Shown: positions 36,908-51,900, counted from the stretch's first letter. The stretch: DNA of 64,000 nt from Botryllus schlosseri (GCA_051294905.1 CM119372.1:22260001-22324000); one strand, 5' to 3'. Notes: generated from the letters alone by a model not told the origin. Program-made: numbers and translations.

Positions 36908-39900
36908 CTGCGTATGATGAAAATACCTTTCATTAGGATCAGGGTGCTATTAGTTATCGCTTGATATGATATATAATAGCCTATACATTCTTAGTCAAAG
37001 TAGTCTAAAAAGTACTTGAGTAGTTTTGAAAAGTAGATTCGGTAGAGGGTTCGCACACTTTTTGCAGTTAATTGGTGGTGGATATACTTTTGAAAATGCA
37101 AGAAGCATCTTCGCGACTAACGTAAGTAAGTAAGAGTGATGACGCTACAAATAGGCACAAACTTCGAAAATACAGCAATTACAATACAACGCCTATTTTA
37201 CTCGGTTCGTATGACGGTTTCACATTCTCACGAAATAAATACAAACTTAACCAAAGAGTACTTTCTACCACGGTTGTAACCAAGTCACAAGCCAATCTCA
37301 CTTTTATAGTTTGACTCAAGTCAAGCGAGCAGAGGGTCGAGTCCGAGTCATTGCGTTGACTGCTCAGTTTCGAATTAGTCTTGTTAAAACCACTTTTTAT
37401 ACCTCTGTTAGCTGGTATTGAATGGTTCGCACCTAAAATATGATAATTTTCCTCACTTTTAACATTCTCTGGTCGCATTTTCAAGTAGGCCTACCAAGGC
37501 GAAAGACCAAGAGTGTATAGTTACTTTCTTCGAAATTACAATGAAATGTCGGACTTGGCCGTCTGAGACTCAAGTCATATGACTTGGTTCGAGCCATGCG
37601 CAATTACTCTAGTCTAAGTCGAGTCAGTACACAGATTGACTCGAGTCGATTCATTTCCGTATTTTGAGAAAATGACTCGAGTCATCAGAAAATCTCGAGT
37701 CGAGTCATTACAACCCTGATTTCTACTTTTAAAAATGGAAAGCATGAAATGTAAGTAGTGTTACCTAAAACTGTTCAAGTAGAAGTGGAAATTGTATAAA
37801 ACATGGCTAGCCTACTCGAGGAGGTAGTGCAAGTGGGCAAAACCTATACTTGAGTACTTCTATACTGACCACTTGACCGCACCTGGCATGCATCTTTCTC
37901 GGAAGCACTTGGTGTTGATGTTATCTGTAGGCTATATTTTGTTAGCGTACATATTCAATTCATAAATGACATAACAAAGATCGACTATATGATATTAGTG
38001 TAGACATGCTCCCTCCGAAATAATACTCAGCAAATATGGAGGCAGATCGGGTTTGCCGCGGCTGGGAAAAGACACAATATCATATTTAGGGTTGTATTTA
38101 AAACAAATGGTATTTTAAAACTCTTTGTTTTAAACACTTTTAACACAGTTTTAAAAACTGCCATTTTGTAAAAACAAAATTGTTTTATTTTCTTCTTCAA
38201 GATCTGTATAATGATGCCATAATTGTGTGAATACTTCGAAAAAAAAACATGTAGTAGGCCTATCCTACGGACGATTTGCACCCAATATAGTCGACGTAGG
38301 CCTATGCGATATGGAATGGTTGAGACCCTCGACATCATCGTTGGTTCATCAGTTATAGCACGTGGAGACTGGATATAAATCATTCGTACGGAATGGATGT
38401 TCTGATGATAATGAGAACAGACCGTAAAAATTATGCATAACGATGTAGTCCTGGTTATATATATATATTTGTGATTCGTTTATGACAGGGGTAGGAAGCC
38501 TTTTCGTCAAAGGAGCCGCATTTACCCTATATTTTCAAATGTCATAGCGTAGTGGTGACGATAAGCGCCTACCAATCTGGCGGCGCCGGTTCGATTCCCC
38601 TCGGTGGTTTATCTGGGCTCCTCTTTCCCCGCAAAATAAGCCCAGAAAAAGACCCGACGAAGGAAAGCACTCACAAGGAATGGAAAGAAATACTAGAAAG
38701 GGCCGCGGCTTAAAAAAGATCAACAACATTGAAAAGAAGTGTGACATCGGGCACTCTTCCGGATCACAACTGCGTGTCGTTCGACATCCTCCTATCTGTT
38801 CATGACATCGCATTGTGTCTTATCGCATTGTATATTGTGTGTGACTTGTTCATATGAACAATATAACTCAACGATTGTATTGTATTGTATTGTATAATGC
38901 CAATCCACTATTACGCCACAATAAAGGATTCTTGATGTCGTGGCTAAAAAAAATCAATTAAACCACGCTGTAAAAACGGCTATATGTTTTAAACATTTTT
39001 TTTAAATTGATTTTTGTTTTAGATGCAGGCCAAATCGTATTTACACATCAAGATTTACCTCGCAACTACAGGTAATGCACTGCATTTGCCCGATACCCTG
39101 AGCATTTGGCTTCCACGAAGAACCAACGGCGTAAAGCTCTCTTCCAAATGTGCACATTCCATCGCTGCTGCTATCCTGCAACCAGCCAGGTTTTGGCGGC
39201 AAGTTTATTCCACCATTTCGGGACGCTGATGCGTTGGAATCTATAAGAATCGTGATTTCATGAATGAAATTATAAAATTTTGGTTATGGATGGGTGGAGG
39301 TTGTCAAAATAGTTCCTGGTACGGAGCCGAAACAGTACACTTTCTTTCGCCGCCAAAGCGTTGGTCTTAAGCCCAATAAGGTTCAATTCAAACTCTGGTG
39401 AGACTTCAACCCCAGACCCCTTTTCTTGTTTCTATGTCATCACTCATCACTACCCTAGTTATATTCGATTCCCAGGCAGACACTCATTTTTGCTATTACC
39501 CGATCCACGATTGAGTCGGAATAACGGCGAACGCAAATCCGTTTATTTCTATCGCCTTACTGCATTCACCACTAAGTATGTTACGGCGATGTGGCGTATT
39601 CAGAAACCTGCCGATTTCAAGCTTCATTCAAAGCGCCAAAGTAAATAACAAACGAATGAATTCCATGAATTAAAAATTAAGAATCTGGATGAAATCCTGT
39701 TTCAAATCAACTCGCTGCATGGATTCCTGTCCGGTCAGAATCAAAAATCCAGATGTCGCACATCTCTACTAGGGATGGTGTGAACCTCTGAAAGGTTCGG
39801 GTTCGTGTGAACGCGAACCTTTTTGAAAGGTTCTGTGTGAACACGAACGTGAACCTCATGACGTCACGTGACGTCATATTGCTAATTCCAACGCTACATT

Positions 39901-42900
39901 TCAGTGAAGTGAGAGCCTATATTGTTGAACACGATACCTAGCGACGACTCGTGCCACACAATGCCACAATGCTGAAGTACATATTGACGTTTTAGAGGTC
40001 GTCAAATGTATCAACTGGGGCAATCAAATGATATAATAATCCCATAAAATCAATATCCTCCGTCGCTTTGCCGACAATTTCGACGAGTGTTTGCATGGGA
40101 ATATAAGCTTCCGCCTTTACGGTCCAGGCCAGACCGGACAACTTATTCGGCGTCTGAGTATTGCCCTGTTGATACTGAGCTATTGAGCAAGAGTGTAAAG
40201 CGGGTTTCTATACTTGCTACCGATATCACCCCGTTAACAAGTTATACAGCCGTAGTCAATACAATACAATAAACATACAATAAACATATGAATTCAAGAT
40301 TGACGCAGTACGCCTGCTAGATTTCTTATACACAATGATATCAATTTCATTGATTGGTTGAATAAGCATCCGTCGCGGACTACCTACCTATATGTAGTTT
40401 ATTTCTGTACTGATGTTGTGTGATTGCGGGTCAAGCTCGCAGCGTCATTAAATATTCAAACATACGTTTGTATAAAGCAACTAATTTTTTTGAGATTGTC
40501 AAAGGTGCATGCTCGTTTAGTGTTGATTTTTATGCAGCCAGCGCCATGCATATAGTGACCCGCAGTTGAAACGCAATATATTTCAACCAAATATGTTATA
40601 ATAAAGTGAAAATTATAATATATGAAAAAGGTTCACAGTGCAGAACCTACTAAGGTTCGTTTGTGAACGTGAACCTCTAAATTTCTGAGGTTCACACACA
40701 GAACGCGAACGTGAACCTCACGTTCACACCATCCCTAATCTCTACCACTTACCGGAGCAAACTTTACAGCAATCACCAGGCCTCCTGCGTTTAGGATATG
40801 CGCAAGGTGCGTGTGGGCAAGTGATGCGATCGCACGAATAATCGTTATACCCGCGGCAAGTACAAGAAACGCAGGCGATTCTTCCAAACGGTGCCACGTG
40901 CGGGTTCCAAGATGTCCCGACCGGGTGAAACATGCTATCTCCGTCTTGATAACACCCATCCCTCGCCGCAGAGGAAGCTTGTCGAGAGTTCTCATTGTGA
41001 CGGTTTCGATTCATGTCGTTGTACGGAATAAGCGATGCTGCCAATATTTCAACATGTTATCTGTGTGGTGCTACTAACAATGCGATATCATATACACTAA
41101 GCGCACCGATCGAATGCAACTCTTCGGCGGGCTTAGACTGGTATGACGAGCTTTCGTCGCAGAGAGGACAGCACTGTGGTGCGATGATGACGGGGTGTGG
41201 ACAAGCAGTCGGCGGACAGGACACTGGCTCACAAGCAACTCTCCCTTGCTGAGCAAATACAATGAGAACAAGTCATTAGTACAAATACGAAAGATGGCCT
41301 GGCGTCTTCGAAGTCTTAGCCAGATGAAAGCAAATGTAAAGTCAAATTAAGAGTAGCTTATACGTAAAATACCGATTTTGACGCGCTGTAATTCTAAAGA
41401 ACATTCGCATATGACCACAACGCTGCGGCTGCACGCTGTTGTCGAGAGATTTTAATTAGGCTTGATGCTTTCTTCACACCACGTGCGATTTAATGCGACT
41501 TCATTTTTCCATTTTAATAGAGCAACCCCCGTTGCAATCCAAGTCCCACTGTACAGTAGGGCTCTTCAAAAATGACTTTTTTTCTCAAATCGTACTGGCT
41601 ACTTGATAAAATTGTTAGGTTACCTGATTTAAGCCTACACACAAAATTTGGTTCAATTCCAGCCAGTAGCCGCATTGCTACAGGAGAAGAAAGTTTCTAT
41701 TTATTATATAAAAATAAATAATGAAAAATTTGAAAATTTTCTGTTCACTCCATGAAAGTGTTAGGCTGTCTATAGAAACTATCCTCACCAAATTTGGTTC
41801 AATTTCAACCAGTGGAAGCGGAGTTATTGCCGTCGCAAAATTTGGATTTTAATAAAATAGTATTTACGGTGACCGATTCTTTGTTTATTTATAATAGTTG
41901 TGCTCGCCGTAAATACTATTTTACTCAAATCAAAATTTTTCGACGGCAATAACTCCGCTTCCATTGGTTGGAATTGAACCAAATTTGGTGAGGATCGTTT
42001 CTATAGACAGCCTAACACTTTCATGGGGTGAACAGAAAATTTTCAAATTTTTTATTATTTATTTTTATATAATAAATAGAAACTTTCTTCTCCTGTAGCA
42101 AAGCGGTTACTGGCTGGAATTGAACCAAATTTTGTGTGTAGGCTTAAATTAGGTAACCTGACAATTTTATCAAGTAGCCAGTACGATTTGAGAAAAAAAG
42201 TCATTTTTGAAGAGCCCTTCTGTACAGATGCGAACAGCAGAGGAAAATGATGCGCCCACCAAACCAACTTGGAATCGTGTGCTCCTCACGAAAGAAATTT
42301 GTTTCTGACAAGTTTGGGCGATTCCAATATCTTTCCATATTACCGACGATCCTGATGGAAGGTCAATAAAGAACAGCATGCAACTCTTGACTAAAATGAC
42401 ATGACTATAATAACAATTGGTCCACCCGAAGAAGCATCATTATTTATAACTTGCCCTAAATTTTCGAAAACACTCCCTCCGTCAACTCTACCGGTGAATC
42501 TGAACACGTGGGCGGAGAAAGGATAAATATTTATATAGTTATATATGACACTACTAATATTGATGACAAAATTCATTCGCGAATGAAATAATTTCCGCGT
42601 CTAGCGCGACCATAACGAATCTCAGTAACGATTCATAACATGACCAATTGACCATGACCACTCACGATTTCGATGCGTTTAGTAAGCCGATACCAAAAAT
42701 CGATTAGTCTAGAATACATCGAAAATGGAGATGGACAATTAACATGGGTATTTTCGTCTAGTTATTTCATTACGGCTATGCCCTGGAATGCGACCGTAGG
42801 CTACAAAAGTAATCGAAATGCGGCAGTGAATAGCAAAAAGGCTGACTACCCCTGATCCAACATATCCGTCGGATTCGAATCAGATCAGCATTCTTAAGTA

Positions 42901-45900
42901 ACATATAAAATCGTAAATGTTCGTGCGACTCTCAAGCGAATTCGAGTCAGAAACGGATACTGGCAGAGGTCGTCAAAGTAATCAGCAATGGTAATCAAGC
43001 AGTAGTAACGCCGTAAATTTATACTCAATTACAAGTAAAAGTATAGTGATTTCCATGACATGCCAAAACTACTTCAAGTGAAGGTGCAGAAAATTAAGGT
43101 CTCAAAAGTACTCATGTAAGCAGTTTCAAAAAGTAGATTTGGTCGAGAGGTGGCATGTTGGCAGCAAATCGGAAGTGGACACATTCGAAATTGCAAAGTG
43201 CAACTTAGGACAGATATCAAAAAGTGAGCTGATCCGGGAGAATGCTAATCATGTTATTAAAAACTGCTAATCGTGACGCATTTTCGGCGGAGATCATAAA
43301 GTTAGCTGATCCGGAAGAATGCTGATTGTGTGCTTAAAAACTGCCAATCGCGACGCATAAAGTTGAATCACGTTACGCGCGATGATTACTCAAGGTGTCC
43401 CGAGTTTCCAATTAAGTGCATCACAATTGCATCACAATGCGAAAACGCGGTTTTGGCCGCCAGTCGTCAATTTGTTGAATGAAACGGCAGGCTGCTGATA
43501 AGGATACTGCTACTGAAATTAGAATTATTATAATAGCGAAATGAAAGTCGTGCGTAACCAGTTATGTGCGTGCAATTGTGCATGACACAGTGGAGAAACG
43601 GATTATAGAATATTGAGAGATATATTGCTCTGCAATGGTGGGCACATAGTTCGGTAATTGTCTGTTTGTTTAGTAAAGCCATTACCTATAGGCAGGGTTG
43701 CCATACCGTCCTTATTTCTAAGATTTGTCCTTATTTTGAAGGGCCACGTCTTAGAAAACTCGACTGTCCTTATTTCTAAGATTTGTCCTTATTTTCAACC
43801 GCTACAAAACTTCGATCGTTTTCCTCTGGTATCTATGTTGCATGTTGCATAATATTCTAAAATTAAGCTTATTCGTCGAGATTTTATGACATCATAAATG
43901 AAAGGAACTGTCGTGACGTACACACCAGTGTTGGGATGACTCGAGTCATGACTTGACTCGAGTCAGACTCGAGTCACCTTTTTCGTATGACTTGACTTGA
44001 CTCGAGTCACTTTGCTAAAATGACTGGACTTGACTTGACTCGGCGTATCAAAAATGTGGGTTGACTCGTGACTCGGAGCAAAATTCACGAGTCAATTTCA
44101 AGTCATCAAGTAATCGGTGTCGATGAAAATCTCTGTATCTTGCATATGTTCGGATTGTACGCGAAACGCTGATGTAACCCGTGAGAGCGACCAATAATTC
44201 AATGATCTTGAGTTTTACTGAGCCTCCATTGTTCTCTCACAAATAAATTGGCCGCAAACGAAGTGATGGAAGCTTACAGCTTACGTTGTTGTAAACTAAT
44301 ACAGTAAAGTTATTTAATATGCAAAATTTCTATTTCTGCTCTATGTTTTTACCTTAACCAAACCTCTTGTTTTATTGAAATTGAATTCGAATATAGTTGA
44401 TATAGCCCGCAATCATTGGCGCAGGCTCGAATTGTATCATATCAATTTGTAAACTGGTAATGTATTGCATCTTATCAATTCGTTTCTCTATTCTCTATTT
44501 TGGCTGGTAACTATAAACTGAGGCTATGCAATTACTTAAGTAATTTAGCAGTTCTACGTATATGTGAGCGATACAGCTGGGCCTTCTTGTGTGTATATTC
44601 AACTCTATATTCGTTCATCACTTGAAAAGTAATGACCATTCAATCTGTGTTTCAGACATATAGTAAAATGCAATGGCGTAATCATGCCTCATACTTCGAA
44701 AAAGCAACTTGACTTGAATTGTGACTTGACTCGTGACTTGACTTGGCTTGACTTGACTCGACTTGACTCGAGTCACCTCCAGAAATCAAGTGACTTGACT
44801 TGACTCGAGTCACCTTCGAAAATCGATTGACTTGACTTGACTCGAGTCAAAATGTGCAATGACTCGAAATGACTCGTGACTCGAAGGTAGTGACTTGATC
44901 CCAACACTGACACCAGAAGATTTGACTTCTAAATGGTGAGATAGCTAGGGCAGTGAGTGGGGGTACAGCAGTTTCGGCTGTACCAAGCTACCGCAGCGGA
45001 CGTCATTTTAGCAGTAAACAGCAATGCCAGGTTACTGCTGTTTGGTCCACAGCAGAATAAGCTCAAGCTGTGGGGAAAGCCGCATTTATTGCGTAGTGAA
45101 AAAAGGCGCAGAGCAGTCGACACATTGGTTAAAAAGTAGTAAAGCTATAAATCATTGATAAATTTCTCAATTATATTGCACTCGCGCATATAGTTTTAGC
45201 TACAAAGAAGACTAAATCTGATTAGTGAAATAAACAGGCGTAAAACGTTTTTCGTGTCGATTATGAGAGAGAATTCAACGGTATCTAACGAAGATTGAAG
45301 GGCGAGTGTTTCGCACATAGCAATATCTGCAATTGTGAGATTAACCTGGAGGCCATAGGAGAGGCCGCTACTTCAACTTACATTGATACCCCAAAACACA
45401 AGAAGTGTGTCATGATGATTAATTTGAGCCAGTCAATGAATAATTTTTCCACAAGTCGATCTGCACCAACGACCTCAGCTACAAGGCAGCAGCTGCAGAG
45501 GGTACCTAGTCATTCTATACTGTCAAGTGTCAAACACCAGCAATCATTCCTCACCAACGATTACACATCGCAATTGTTCAAAGCAATATTCTCCGATTCC
45601 AACATTGCAAATAAGTTTTCTTCGGCCAGGACCAAGACGACAAGCATTGTTACTGGAGTTGTTGCTCCATACGCTCAAAAATTATTGGTCTAAACTTGGT
45701 GTGCGCGTTTTTTCCATCTTGGTTGACGCCTCGTCTTAACGAGGTGACGAAATTTGGTTCATCACCCCGGGGGGCAACACCAACGGTATTCTTTTTTTGG
45801 GGGGGGGCTGACGAATTGCTGTTTCGGCCCTAAATAAAGGTAAACCTAGAACTGCGCTGTCGCGAGATCCATGAAGCACTTTCTAATAACAGGGAGTTGC

Positions 45901-48900
45901 AGGAGCAGATTGCTGTTTCTGGTGAAACGTATGGAATGTGATATGCTACGGCTCGTATAAATACAGTATATGTACAGAAACGCATTTTCATGCTAATTTA
46001 ATTTTTCGACTGTCCTTATTTTTTGGTCCATGTCGATGGCAACCCTGCCTATAGGAGACAATCGTCACGCAATCTATAGTTTGTTACGGTTTGCTTAATA
46101 TTAAGAAGAATGAAACCAACTTTATGCGCTGCGATCAACCAGTTTTCTTAATCCTGAGTTGTTAAATCCTGATGAACGCGATTATCGACTTCATCGATAA
46201 TCCAACTTTATGATCTCCGCCCTTAGTGATTAAAGAAAAATGTTATCGTGATATTGGGGCTATTTTTATTGGTTATTGTAATAATTTCACCCGCGAAAGT
46301 GACGCAAAGATTGTTAAAGTAAGTGGCTTTGGTTTAAAGAATGGTATGTGGATGTGGAAGTAGTTTAGAAATGTAACCACTTTCGTTAAGTCGGCCAAAC
46401 CTACTTGAGGATAATCCGGAAAAAGTAGTACTTCGTTACTGACCACCTCTTGATATAGGCTTATGATGGACGTAGGTTAGAACATTATACATATTCATAT
46501 ATTTAGGCGGATGGAAGGATAGAATAACTGGTTAAGTTAGGCGAATGGAAGGATAGAATAACTGGTTAAGTATAATCAAATTAGAAATCTACTAAATCTA
46601 CTAATCTCTGTCGTATGTATGGTGCCTGGTGCATCCGTTCGTGGCAATCATTTTGTACACCTTACCCAACAAGAACATGTAGTGCATGATCTATCGAATT
46701 TTGGCAGCCACTGACTGTCATGATCATGCCAGTCGCCCTCGAAATGACAGGAATCAGGACTCGTACTTTTGTTCGGTGTAAACTTTCTTGACAAATTCGA
46801 ATCTTTTGTTGCTTTATTCACCGGACCATCTGTCAAAATGATAATTTATAAATAACGCATTCAGTTCGTCGGTTCAGATTAAAGTTGCCAACCTCCGTCG
46901 TTCTCTTCAGATGACATGCACGTGTTTTCAATATGAACCCTGCCCCTTATCTCGCCGTTCGGGTTCCTCTTTGTGGCGATCTGTTCGTATCAAAATAGAG
47001 AATAAATAATTTCCAACATTCGGCGAGATGTACCAAGCTAACGTGCGTCCGTCGTCTATACCTGCACAAACGCCAGCCCATCGTTCATCAACTGGTACAA
47101 TTCATTTGGTATTTCGCGTAGAATTCCTCTGGCCTGCACAATATTAAAGACTTTAAAGGCCTATGTAGCTAAGATAGTTATTTCTACAAGGGCGTCCAAG
47201 ACGAAAAGTATAAGTGACGAAATAGGGCGGCATTTAAAATAGAGATATCCAATATAGGGAGTTGCGGTTAGTTAGTTGGTTACAGTTCGGATTAAGGGTT
47301 CGGTTATGTTATTTTGTTAGGGTTGCGGTTAGTGGAAAGTTGATGTTAGCTCATCGCACTCGCTATTTTAAAGGAATCGGTAAGTTGAATGACTGGCTCT
47401 TTTGAAACCCTCGTTATTATGTCACTATGCCATTATGTCGTTTGCGACATGCCAGACATGATTTTCATCTTTGACTCAGAAATGTAGAAACACACAAAGG
47501 TTGTTCCACTATAGATAACTAACCTACCTAGGTTAGTTATCTATAGTTCCACTGCATGACTACGGCATGTCGAAGTATAAAAGCACTTGGCTACGACGTT
47601 ACTAGCACGACACCAATCGAAGTGCGTGGCTAGGAGCCCCGGCTCTGTCGACAATCTATGTCCAGGATGGATATCTGTGTTCCTCATCGTTGACTCCTCT
47701 GCGAATACAGTGTCTTCATAAATCGACAAGATATTGCACCGAGCTGAAAGACGACAGCAAAGCTGCGAAGACGTACGCAGTACGCACATATCACAGATGT
47801 GAGATAGAATAGAGGGGAATGAGCAAGAGAAAGAAAACACGTATGTCGATATTACGATCTCTATAAGCTGTACTGTACTGTACAAGTGTACATATAGGCA
47901 AAGACCTCTCTAGATGAAGCGCACAACTGCAAACGTGGCAATAATAATAATAATAATATTCGAAATGTACGACGATAGACGCCAAGCTTTACAACAGTGG
48001 TTCTTAACCTTGCCTCCAGCGCCCCCCAGGGGGCGCTGGCGATTTTGAAAGGGGGCGGAAACGCTCAGGGGGCGATATGGGGGGCGCTGGGCTCAGGGGG
48101 GCGGTATGGGGGGCGCTGGAGAAAAATGGCTTCGCAGTAGATGATGTGGTGGTAGGACATATCCTTAATGAGTATTCAGAGAAAATGAACACCGAAAACT
48201 TCGTTATATATAGCCTACAAAAGACATATAGGTTTAATTGTCCATGGGCGCCTAAATAACTGGCACCGAATATTCCTGTGTTGGCAATCTGAACCCCAGA
48301 AGACGAATTCCATCCGGCGGGGAAAAATTATATGCCAGTGAAAAAATACCAATTTGAAATCGTGTTCGTCTTTTAGTTTAGTGCGATTGGGCGATAGGGA
48401 TATCTAAAACTAGACATTCTTGTTGGGCGATTCTATATTTTTGATATAGCTGACAGGAGGTCACGAAATAACATCATGCAACGAAGTCATACCAACGGGT
48501 TCGCCCGCCCGAATATGTTTAATCATTAGTTACGGGCCCTACAGTTTTCAAGACACCTCACATTGTTCGCTCCACGTTTTGATGAGTCTGAGCACACTCA
48601 ATAAGCTCACTGCGCAGACCCATGGACAACAGTGCGTAACGACTAAAAAAGGGTCAAAACTTCGGATTAGTTGTGCGCAACGTAGATTTTCTGTGCACAG
48701 ATACCATGTCAGCACTGCGCACGTGAGCAGCTTAGACGGAACATTGCACCTCACTCAGCTCTACCGGTAAATCTGGTAACGTGAGCAGAGAGGACAAGAA
48801 ATTAATAGCAATATATATGCAATTCCCGATCTTACTGACCGATTTTATTATGAATTATCGAAAGTTTTCGCACTTCGCACTGGCTCGCTAAACAGTAGGC

Positions 48901-51900
48901 CTACAGCTGATTTCGTGGCACAACGAACAACGCGATGGGGGCGGGGCGGTCGGTTTATCACCCTATGGGAGCCCTAGACCCAAGTTTTTTCGGGGGGCCT
49001 GGCGAAGTGCCGTTTCGTTCCTGCCTACGGGTATACGCCCGAAGATGTATAATTATTATTGAGGGGTCCTACCTTTTCAATCACACATCTTTCAGCTCTA
49101 CCGGTAAATTTGTTTACGTGAGCAGAGAGAGTATAAATTTGATATCAATATACATGCAATTCCCGATCATATTTACCAATTCAATCATTAATTATTGAAA
49201 TTTTTCGCGCTTCGCGCGTCTAGGCGGGAGTACCTGGCTCAGTAAATGGACACCCAATGTAAATGACTAGTATCAGCAAATAGTGGATAGCCGAAAGGGG
49301 GTCTGGGGGCGAAGCCCCCCGGAATTTGGGTTCATCACCCGATGGGGGGGGGCTAAGACCAACGTTTTTGGGGGGCTGACGAAGTGCTGTTACGGCCCTG
49401 GTAACGAATTAATTGTACCTACGGGCACGCCCGAATATGTTTAATTATTAATTACGTGCCCTCCATCTTCCCATACAACATCTCAATCAGCGCTACTGGT
49501 AAATCTGATTACGTGGGCTGAGAGGATAAAAAGTTTATAGCGACTTAGATATGTAATTACCACCTATTCATTCATGCATTATAGAAAATTTTGTTACCTA
49601 GGGCGACCATGCCACACAAACTTTGCTGACCATCGAAATCACGCTACGGGGTTCTTGGGGGCGAAGCCCTCGGAAGTTTGGTTTATCACGCTATGGGTGC
49701 GCAAGGCAATCATTTTTAGGGGGATGACGAAGTACTGTTACGCCCCCCCCCCCCTCTTACGCATTGTCTTTATTACATTCCTTACAATATGCGGTTGGGG
49801 GGCGCTGGAGCACGATAATTTTTGAAAGGGGGCGCTGGAGGAAAAAAGGTTAAGAACCACTGCTTTACAAGATGACCCTATCAGCAAATGCGAAACCAAC
49901 TATACAACAACAATGTATATGTCACTAAACATAACGTGCCAATGAGATAAAATATCACTATAAACAGGGTGCAGAAGGTGATATGCGAGGTAAAGAAATG
50001 TTAATTGACCCTTTATTGTTTGATGGCGGGGTGACCCTGGTTCGACTCAATTAGCCCCTTGTTGCAGAGCTTATATACGTACTTCCGTTCCGTAAAATCC
50101 TTTGAGTAGTTTCTTGTGCGCGGGCTCCAGACCTGATATTTCTGCAAGTCCGTGAAGATGTGCTGCCACTGACGAATCTGAATCTTTGCTCAAACCGGAT
50201 ACCACTAAAAAGTCATAAGAGTTGTTCGTTAAATAGATTCACACCATAACACAAAACCATGAGCAACACGAAGTTGAGAAACTATGCAAGGAAAATTGCC
50301 CGTGATAAGATTGCAAGAGCTCAAATGAAGATCACTTGCATTAACTGTGTTCGACATGATATATTAATATTGAAACATTAATTTATAATTCAAGGATCCC
50401 TAATCGCACGTAGCGAAATACGTTGGCTCTTGGAACTGTCAACGTCATTGGATGCGCCTGCAATCCCGAAAATGCGAACGTAAAATTTCGGTAGCAAGGG
50501 TTAAATTGATATTGTAACGATATACTCATGTGAAATATGATGTCTCTAGTTCAGGGGTCGGCGAACTCCGGCACGCGTGCCATTTGTGGCACGCGAGGTG
50601 ATTTTTCATGGCACGTCAAACGATTTCACGCAAACGACATATTGAGACCATGATTTTGCAAAAAGGGAAGGAGAAGTTTTCAAAATGTACAAAGCTCGTC
50701 GGCGATCCAAAATTAGTTTGTAAATCAACATAAAGTAGAGTCTTGTAGGGCAGATTTTACTTATTTTGAAATTATTTTCCGCGCTTCGCTCGATTTATTG
50801 AATACTAATGTCTTGATTCAAATGTGGGAACCCCCAATAAATAAATATGTATATAGAAATGTTTTTTTTTTTTGAAAAGCTATGCACAATGTACAGAAAT
50901 GAGTCAACCGTATTAGCAGCTATGAAAAAACGTCATCTGAATATCGTATGAAACCATTTGGATGCTTTAGTGTACGAGTGTTCACTGCGTAGCCTACGGG
51001 AGCGCAACTTATGAACCGGCATTCCAGCGCTAGGCGTTTTCACGCTATAGAAGACACGACCTAGATAGATATGAAGTATCGGACAACATGCGACCACGCA
51101 ACTCCCGTCCTTGTGTATGCGTTGCCAAAGCGATTGGCGGCGATTAAACCTTGAAACAAAATAACCGCCGCATGCTGGCCTAAACGTTCGACATTGATAT
51201 GTCCAGTCCGCTGTCAAGGAGATAAAGTGACCGGCGCCGAATAGTCCAGTACCCGCAGCTTGAGCCGCACGTATCAAATGAGACCTGCTGACGAAAATAA
51301 TGAGCCCCGTGTCGAAATGCGAATTTGGAATCGTGTTCGTCTCCCAGAAGTAGATATTCTTTTAGTTTCGTCTGGTGTGCAATCGATTACAATATACCTG
51401 GAGCAACGACGGTCTTTACCGCTTTACCGTGACCTTTACAGACGAGTCTAGTGTCACACCGACCTTAATGTGACAACAAACCGACTTGAATGATACAGGG
51501 TTGGGCACAATTTTCATCATCATCAAACCATTTCATCGTAACGACATTGATTGGCATAATGGCATGTCACTTATTGGATATAGTTCCGAACACAATGGAC
51601 TTGGAAACGACCAAATCAACCACAGAAGATCGATCATTGCGCGACTGAAAATGAATTATGTAAATTATGTAGCGACCAAAATTTACTTCCCTCGCGACCG
51701 ATAATTCAATAATCACTGAGGTAACGGATGCCGTTGCCAGCTGCAGAAAAATGGTTGGTGGTATTCCTTGCTTGAAACGTTAAATGTCAATTTATTGAAT
51801 GTTTGGCACGCAAGCTGGTAAAAATTTGACATTTACTGACATTTTGGCACGTTGCACACAAAAGTTTGCCGGCCCCTGCTCTAGTTACATAACCATTAAA

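Noticed and set aside
38540..38615. tRNA gene
   Set aside because: A and B boxes are present, but I could not fold a proper acceptor stem; it continues into a repeated body with a simple-repeat tail, so it is a SINE.
42223..42576. Extra chordin exon or nested gene in the CR2 intron
   Set aside because: CR2 halves join in phase without it; the frames contain stops and no recognisable motif, though a decayed fragment cannot be excluded.
43930..44900. (GACTT)n / GACTCGAGTC arrays as a novel repeat system
   Set aside because: They are subterminal repeats of TIR-bounded MITEs found several times in the window.
47260..47340. Interstitial telomere (TTAGGG-like)
   Set aside because: Only one or two degenerate units within GGTTA-rich low-complexity sequence.
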